The notes below the pieces were generated by a model. It had not been told where the DNA came from. It searched no databases and saw nothing but the letters and a program-made list of their open reading frames with translations. Below are positions 9,482 through 15,771 of a stretch of 15,771 nucleotides of DNA, piece by piece. A program made the position numbers and the translations under genes. Within the stretch, counting starts at the first letter, position 1. Each line of letters opens with the position of its first letter. Origin of the DNA: Azolla caroliniana (taxonomy: Eukaryota > Plantae > Polypodiophyta); NCBI GenBank assembly GCA_043228905.1, contig JBHGNT010000781.1, positions 1 through 15,771 on the forward strand, in the 5' to 3' direction.

Positions 9482-12400
9482 ATGTATTTTTTGTGCAACG
9501 ATATGTAAGAAATTTAGACAATATTTTATCGAATGAAATAAAAAAGTTGATTGTTTTGAAATCTTTCACTTATGATTTCGTTAAGATCTAAAATACTACT
9601 AGTTGTAATTTGTCCTTAAAAATACACAAAGTTACTTTTCGTATTTGGCCAAAATTTGGCATTTTTCAATTTTACCAAATGGTGAAAATTTTAGCTTTTT
9701 CATCAAGTTTTTGAGAACATGTGATACTGGTATCAAGGTGTTTTATGAAATGGCAAAAAAAGCCCCAAAATCAAACGTAATATTCCTTATCCTTCCATTT
9801 GTGCGGGATCCTTCCACATGTGAATGCGAACGTGTTATAAGTGTTTTTTATACAAGTTTACACTTAAATTTGAGTGTTTTTCTACTAATTTTGATGAACT
9901 TTACCTTGTTTTAAGGTTTAAAGTGTTTATTTTTAAGAATATTTTTATATCATTGTGTTTTTACTTGTTGTTTTCAGTGAACCACGTCAGAAGGTGCCAT
10001 CTTTCAAAATGAAGATTCCTTCCCCAACCAAAAAATTTGTTGACCACATGCATAAGCAAGAATCTCGGAAAACTCTGATTGAGTCAGGAGGTGATGGGAC
10101 CTCCAAGTCTTCGGGCGGAAATACTATGAAGACTTTAGCCAAAAAGACTGGGGAGCCTCGCCTCAAGACCTACCCCCATGTGGAATGGACGTTGATCTAT
10201 TCCGAGGAAGAAGGGGATTTGCTCCTCATACTTGCAAAATCCGAAGGTGAAGGAAAGCTTCAAGTGGGAAAGACCTTCAACTACAGGCAAATAAAGAACG
10301 TTGAATATGAGGAAAATGACTCATCAAACCTACTTTTAGATGTTGATAGCTCTATGGGGATGTGAAGAGTCCGGGTTGATGAAGGCAATTTTATAACAGA
10401 CTCCTGTCACCCTAAAGCCTTAAAGAAGGATGTACAAACAAAAACCAAATTGATTGTTGTTTTGCGCCCGTATATCAAAGGAGAACTCATGGTCGCGCAA
10501 GCATGCACCCCCACCGAAGTCTGGCAAAAAAGGAAAAGTTGAACACAAGAAGTACAAGAAACGCTAGCATTTTGAGGAGGACGAGCCCAAAGTACTCGAG
10601 TTCATTGAAGATGAGGAGGAAGTAATTCCTCCAGGTGGCCAGATTGCCTCGAGAATCCTCACCTTAGAGCAAAATCGGATTTGAGAAAATATTGTAAAGA
10701 TGAAGCTTGTCAGTAAGGGACAACTATTTCATTTACCGATTTGTTCTATTCAGAGGCCACTAATTGATCCGGAAATAGGACGACATGTTGTAGAGATAAG
10801 AGAGCCACATTCAATGCATGTGCAGAATTTCAAAAGCAAAATGAAGATAAATCCACATGCTACTATAGTGCCATTCTTAGTAATTGTAGTTGACTTCAAG
10901 TACAGTTCGGTTGATCATTACACATGCTATATGATTGGAGGATCCCACTCTACTAAAGCCTGATGTCAACTTGTCAAGGAGTATCCTCTTACCCCATTCT
11001 TCAAATATGCAAAATGTAAAAGTGTATGTTGGGCTTACACATGAAGAAGCCAAGTTGCTATCTTGGGACCACAATAATGATAATGATTATAGACAAAAGA
11101 TGTCATGTATAGAGTGCATCAGGTTCTTTCATCACGAGTACCTTGATGCTTTACAAAAATTTGGTCCTAGCTTGCATCCTGGATTGCGACAACAATGTCT
11201 GCTTGAAATGGGGATAGCAATTGACGAAAGCACAAAGTCTAAAGGCCTAAGGAAGTATGACTCATGGTTTCAACTTGCTTTCTGAACATGGGAGATATGG
11301 GACATCTAGGATCGAATTTTCAGTGTGTGGGGGCGAAAAGAGATAAAGGGCCAACGATCAAAGAAGGCTAAGTTGCCTTAAGTGGAGATAAAGTTTAAGT
11401 CATGTAAAAGTGACTTAGTGATAGAATAATTAGCCGAGGACATGAAGTTGCTTCCTTGGTGGTCATTCCAAGGGATAAAAGATGATAGATTATTAATATC
11501 TGTTTTATCAAGAGTGGTCGCCAAGGAGTTCAGCTTAGATGAAATGGTCACAGAGTTTCAAAAGTGCGTATTCGATGTGATGATTGTTTTTCATTGGATT
11601 GCTTTGTTAATTTGCTTTGTATTCTAAACTTAACGTGCAATGTTTTTTAGCCATAAGGTTTATATGAAGATACAAGAGTTGATGATTAAAAAGGTGTCCC
11701 TGCCTGTGTGGGAAGAAGTGGAGCAGTCGTACCCAAAAACATCATCGTATCAGGCGCTTGAAGAATTTTTCATCGTATTTAGAGAATGGGCAAGTGTGTT
11801 TAGATCTTCTATAGTTGATATTAAGATAATGCGCACTTTCTTATAAATCTTATAATTGTAGAAACCACCTCGCTCAAAAAAAGTGGGTGACAGTAATGAA
11901 GGCATTCCAAGTGCATTCACCCCCCATTTGGAACGAGCCAAGTACGAAAAGCGAATGACGAAAGGAAAAGAGGTAGAGGTGCCTGAAGACTTGGACACAA
12001 TAAAAAGTTTTTTGCACAAGGTTGATCCTTTTCGACAATTGTATTATAGTGTATATAATGGTGATATGGGTAATATGCTTGACATATTACCCAAGAGGCA
12101 TTATACATTGCTCGTTGCAAACGTACCATATGGGTTTCGAATAACAGGGTCCACATATGACGATGTACCATATAAATATCCGCAAATAGAAAAGATGGTG
12201 AAAGACTTTGTAGAGTTGACCCTTTCTCCATTATGGCGAATAGTAATATTTCATAGTATGGGTCAGACTTTATCAGTCACTAATGCACTGAAGTCGAGAT
12301 GCCATGCCACTGAACACATGCATTGGTAAGATTTCAGTTGCTATATATTTAATATATGGCTTCTATTGTACTTACTACATAGATATTGACTTGTTTCCAT

Positions 12401-13049
12401 TCCATTACAAATAGGGTTAAAACGAACATAACTCGTACCCCGGGCGATCAAATGGTGAGCGATGTGGAGCATATGTGCGTGGGGTACTACGATGCTATTT
12501 CTAAGAAGAAGTCCTAGGCACATGTGAATGAGCAGAATATCGTCAATTATATCATGTGCCCAGCAGTAACGAAGAAATTGTTTCTCGTTTTTGGCGACAA
12601 GTGTCTAGTAAACCCATATCAAATGCCCCAACGATTAATTAATCGATTGGCCGAGTTGTTCCCCAATCCTGATGATTGGGTGCTTGACTTATTCTCTAGA
12701 ACAGGTATTCTCATCAATGTGATCAATCTATCTTAAAATAAATTAGAATTTCTCATCTTTGTTTTCTTACTTCTGCATGTATGATTGTTTATTCAGGAAC
12801 AACTGTTGCCTTCCTCTCCGGAGGTGACACCTTTGATTCCTAATCGGAATTGGACCAAAGGATTGTGGTACGTGGTGGTCAGATCGCTTTTACGAAACGG
12901 GATGACACCCTGCAAATTACGTAAGAGGATACCTCAGGCTATGCATACACGATAGGGAGAGATAGGTTACTTAACAATTATTGAAAGCGAACAATGACAC
13001 AAAATAGACCCAACACTGTTTAGATTATGGAATAAGTACTGATTACAGT

Positions 13050-13739
13050 TAGCAATGGGCCCGGTTTTGGCTCGAACCGAACCGAACCGAAAAATCGTGG
13101 CTTAACGGTTTATAGGTTCAAAGATAAATAAACGATTTGGTTTGGTTTCAAATGTTACTAATCAGTTTCGGTTTGGTTTTGAATTGATCGGTTTATCGAT
13201 TTATCGGTTTCTGTTTATGTGGTTCAGTTTAAAGGTTTATAGGTTTATAGGTTAAAATATACTCATAAATATTTTCTATAAGCTCTAACTTTCAACTTTT
13301 AATTTTAAACTCTTGTTTTAACTTATTAAATTTTATATGTATTATATGTAGAGTCTCCTTTTCATTTATGATGATCAATTATGATAAGTATGATGATCAA
13401 ATTTATGATTAGTATGATGACCAAATTTATGATAAGTATGATGACCAAATTTATGATAAGTATAATCAATAAATTTATGATGATTTTCTCACACAAATTT
13501 ATAATAAGTATAATAATTAATATCAATAAAAAATGGTTTGGTTTGGTTTGGTTTTGATTTATGATAAACTGGTTTGGTTTGGTTTTAAGTTTTTCGTAAA
13601 CGGTTTGGTTTCTCCTATTCTTTAAACGGTTTGGTTTAAATGGCGTCAGAAATTTTTAAACAGTTTGGTTCGGTTTTTATTATTAATAAATGGTTTGGTT
13701 TCAAGGCCAAGAAACCAAACCGAATCGGGCCCATTGCTA
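13050..13739. mobile_element. hAT-superfamily MITE (690 bp)
   Basis: Perfect 14-bp TIR TAGCAATGGGCCCG, perfect 8-bp TSD ATTACAGT (13042-13049, 13740-13747), subterminal AACCG/CGGTT repeats and an AT-rich non-coding core. Confidence 0.95.
13367..13483 (+). repeat. 24-bp minisatellite TATGATGACCAAATTTATGATAAG, about 5 copies, inside the MITE
   Basis: Units start at 13367, 13389, 13413, 13437 and 13461. Confidence 0.9.
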
Positions 13740-14013
13740 ATTACAGTTACGCGGCTATCTACCAGAATGTATTAGATACACTGTAGTAGGATTAATTACG
13801 TAGTAACCTCAAACTTCTCTCCTATATGTCTCCCCCTTTCTTCCTTCGATCTGTTGCTCCTTATATAGATGTTCCTTGGCGCGCTCCTTCTCCTTCCACG
13901 TTTTCGGTTGTGTTTATTTTGGTTGCTTCTGATTGCTTTCAGTTGTTTACCTATTGCTACCTAATTTCTATTGCGATTCTCATATGTTACTATTTTGGCC
14001 CATGGACAACACT

Positions 14014-14030
14014 TGGCACACCCGTGGGAC
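14014..14030 (+). other. PBS-like motif for tRNA-Arg
   Basis: TGGCACACCCGTGGGAC lies 2 nt after ...GGACAACA. It is close to the gypsy Tat/Ogre-type Arg PBS TGGCACGCCCRGTGGGAC. Confidence 0.7.
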
Positions 14031-14060
14031 AGTGCCTTGGGAGGGGGGTGGAACCCTAAA

Positions 14061-14076
14061 CCCACCGAGCGTGCCA
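14061..14076 (-). other. Second PBS-like motif for tRNA-Arg, in opposite orientation
   Basis: The minus strand reads TGGCACGCTCGGTGGG, 2 nt after ...GGGTAACA. Confidence 0.7.
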
Positions 14077-14303
14077 GGTGTTACCCGTATAGGTGTACGG
14101 GAGGGTTAGGTGTAATGTGGAAGGTGGTTTGTAAGGTGTAATATGAAATGTGAATGTGTGAGTGTTAGGTGGGGTAAGTAGGTGTACCTACGTCAATTCG
14201 GCTTTTGTAATGATTAGATCTTATTCTATTTAAACCCCACCAATGGGGTATGAAAAAAAGAAGAGAAATAATATTGAAGTTACCCTCAACCGTGTGTCTC
14301 GAT

Positions 14304-14308
<5 letters not shown>

Positions 14309-14340
<32 letters not shown>
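14309..14340 (+). repeat. (CT)n microsatellite in LTR-B
   Basis: Uninterrupted CT run read directly. Confidence 0.95.
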
Positions 14341-14343
<3 letters not shown>

Positions 14344-15528
14344 CTCACATTTGAACCCCCTTGGGAGGGGGGTGGAGTCGATCTTGGCTCCACCCCCCAT
14401 CCATAAACAACGACTGTGTGTGCGCTCTCAAATTGTTTAGGAACTGTGTTGCCTTGGAGAAGGACCCCTCCCAAGTAAATTTTATTAAAAAGAGGTTCCA
14501 AGGTATCTGGGATTGTCCGGACCAGGAACAAGAGGTTGGGGCAAAGCATATAAATGAAACTGAGATGTTTCAGCTGACCTCCAAGGAACCAATGGAACCT
14601 ATAGACGAAGGAGGGGACCTGGTCGACCTCGAAGATGTACTAGTCTGATCAAAAACAAGATTCAGCTGAGTAGACGGAACAAGTGGATACAACACAACTA
14701 TCGGCTGATCTTGGAGAGCAGCCTATTCTAGACCTCCTAATGGAGTGAATTGTATAATACTTTGTATTTCTAACTGAAAAATTGTTTTGAAATATAAGAA
14801 CTTTTCGTTTGAGTATAATTTCTTTAATCTATTCGATTGGTGTCTCAAACTTTATGTGTCTATCATATGTTTACAAGGTTGACTTATAAAGTATGTGGTT
14901 AAGTATAATTTCCATCAAATAAATGATTTTAACTTATCAATTGTATGACAAATGTTGGTTATAATTGTTTCTCGATTAATATAATTGGATTTAGTCTTTA
15001 TTCTATGATTTATGTTGTCTTTAATCTTGGTAATTTAGTTTCGAGTAAACACAATAATATTAAGTCAATGTCGTTGCTCACATGATAATACATTCACGTT
15101 GTTCATGTATGATTGACATATAATGTTCGTAGTGGTTTTTGGGCATGCGTGGTATGTTGTGAGATTCGTTTAAATTCCTATTTACAAAATCGACATAGCA
15201 ATCTTTATAAGATTTAGAGACAAATATAATAACAAAATTGCATTTCTAAATTTGTTAAGTTGGATTCGAATTACACATTATGTACAATAACAATTATAGT
15301 TGGATGCATTCCCGTCATCTTATCTAAGATTAGGATAAATTTGTGTATGAATTGAGAAAATATCAGTTAAATTTTTAATCTTAAAAATATTAACTGCCTT
15401 TTTTAGTGATGTTTTTAAAAATCGTGTGTGCATGTGTGATAGATTCTTGAAAGTTTGTTCAAAAAATGGTAATTTCTTGACATCTCACGTATTTATCAAT
15501 AAAGGAATGCGGCATATTACTTGTTTCA

Positions 15529-15639
15529 AATGTCTCAGTGTTAAGGTTAAATACAATGCCGATGGTGTTGAGTTGTTACGCGAAGAGCGTAACAACTCAA
15601 CACCATCGGCATTGTATTTAACCTTAACACTGAGACATT
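15529..15639. repeat. Perfect hairpin: 53-bp arms, 5-nt loop GAAGA
   Basis: 15529-15581 is the exact reverse complement of 15587-15639. Confidence 0.97.
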
Positions 15640-15771
15640 GATGAAAACGAGGGTGCAACGGCCTGCCTCGACGACCTATAAAAGGGAAGGAAGAAGGCGG
15701 ATGAAATATCGCGTTTTGGGGGGGAGCGAGGAGGAAGTGCTATCGGACTGGAACCGAGCTCTCTCTTCCAT

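Larger units (their letters stand above)
6765..9836. mobile_element. Nested non-autonomous TIR DNA transposon (3.07 kb), probably Sola-like
   Basis: 35-bp TIRs AACACGTTYGCATTCACAWGTGGAAGRATCSCGCA with 4 mismatches (6765-6799 and 9802-9836). Weaker subterminal inverted similarity (about 6840-6895 vs 9695-9755). ATAA flanks both ends (6761-6764, 9837-9840). Confidence 0.8.
12804..14409. mobile_element. Composite LTR-derived insertion inside the methyltransferase exon: LTR-A 12804-14011, LTR-B 14079-14409
   Basis: LTR-A termini TGTTG...CAACA; LTR-B termini TGTT...AACA. Flanked by ACAAC (12799-12803) and ACGAC (14410-14414). The MTase protein sequence resumes immediately after the insert. Confidence 0.72.
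9978..14748 (+). pseudogene. Intron-containing ParB/Srx-like domain plus beta-class DNA amino-methyltransferase (N6-adenine/N4-cytosine type), decayed and interrupted
   Basis: ParB-like region 10700-11090: REPHSMHVQNFKSKM...VPFLV...YMIGGSHS..A...VYVGLTHEEAKLLSWDHN. MTase: YNGDM..L..LP..HYTLLVANVPYG (motif IV, 12120-12131); W.K.N; NPYQMPQRLINRL..F.NPDDWVLDLFSRTG|TT (motif I); after the insert, VCALKLFRNCVALEKDPSQVNFIKKR. Frame-preserving introns at 11564-11650, 11790-11861 (GC-AG), 12326-12414 and 12705-12796. Premature stops include 10961 and 12515. Confidence 0.85.
4599..15542. mobile_element. Putative large Sola-like DNA transposon: divergent transposase and ParB-methyltransferase genes; left end outside the window, right end tentative
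   Basis: The two genes are divergent and similarly decayed, with palindrome arrays between them. 15502-15542 aligns without gaps (23/41) to the TIR of the nested related element and ends in GTGTT. Confidence 0.5.

Noticed and set aside
12797-12843. Natural MTase C-terminus GTTVAFLSGGDTFDS*
   Set aside because: It is read-through into LTR-A. The expected continuation (CALKLFRNCVALEKD) is found after 14414.
14014-14076. tRNA gene or tRNA-derived SINE
   Set aside because: Only 16-17 nt match a tRNA 3' end including CCA. There is no cloverleaf or A/B box, and the position next to LTR ends indicates PBSs.
9978-14748. Bacterial or phage contamination, or a restriction-modification operon
   Set aside because: The gene has frame-preserving spliceosomal introns and plant-type TE insertions, and no restriction endonuclease partner is visible.
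15675-15690. TATA-like CCTATAAAAGGG as a promoter
   Set aside because: No downstream gene or LTR boundary is visible before the window ends.

Overview
This window is repeat-rich eukaryotic DNA, most likely from a land plant and plausibly a moss (inferred from the tRNA-iMet-primed copia element, telo-boxes, short spliceosomal introns and CG/CHG decay). It is a nest of transposable elements, and I found no ordinary host gene. (1) A young Ty1/copia element on the minus strand has a 281-bp 5' LTR, a PBS and an unbroken gag-pol ORF, which is cut at the start of RNase H by a fold-back at the window start. (2) The copia element is inserted into a decayed DDD transposase gene of the Sola-like type (minus strand). 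(3) Divergent from that gene lies a decayed, intron-containing gene on the plus strand (about 9978-14748). It encodes a ParB/Srx-like domain fused to a prokaryote-type beta-class DNA amino-methyltransferase (6mA/4mC type), possibly with an AT-hook tail. (4) Between the two genes lie arrays of a 31-bp palindrome with 51-52 bp spacing, and a nested 3.07-kb TIR element (4-bp TSD) containing a 1.5-kb inverted repeat. (5) The methyltransferase SAM-binding motif is split by an unusual insert of two unrelated LTRs with inward-facing tRNA-Arg PBSs; one LTR carries a hAT MITE. (6) A perfect 53-bp hairpin lies near the window end. The best candidate for a new system is a large DNA transposon carrying a ParB-methyltransferase cargo gene and parS-like palindromic arrays. 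All family assignments come from motif recognition by eye; no searches were run.
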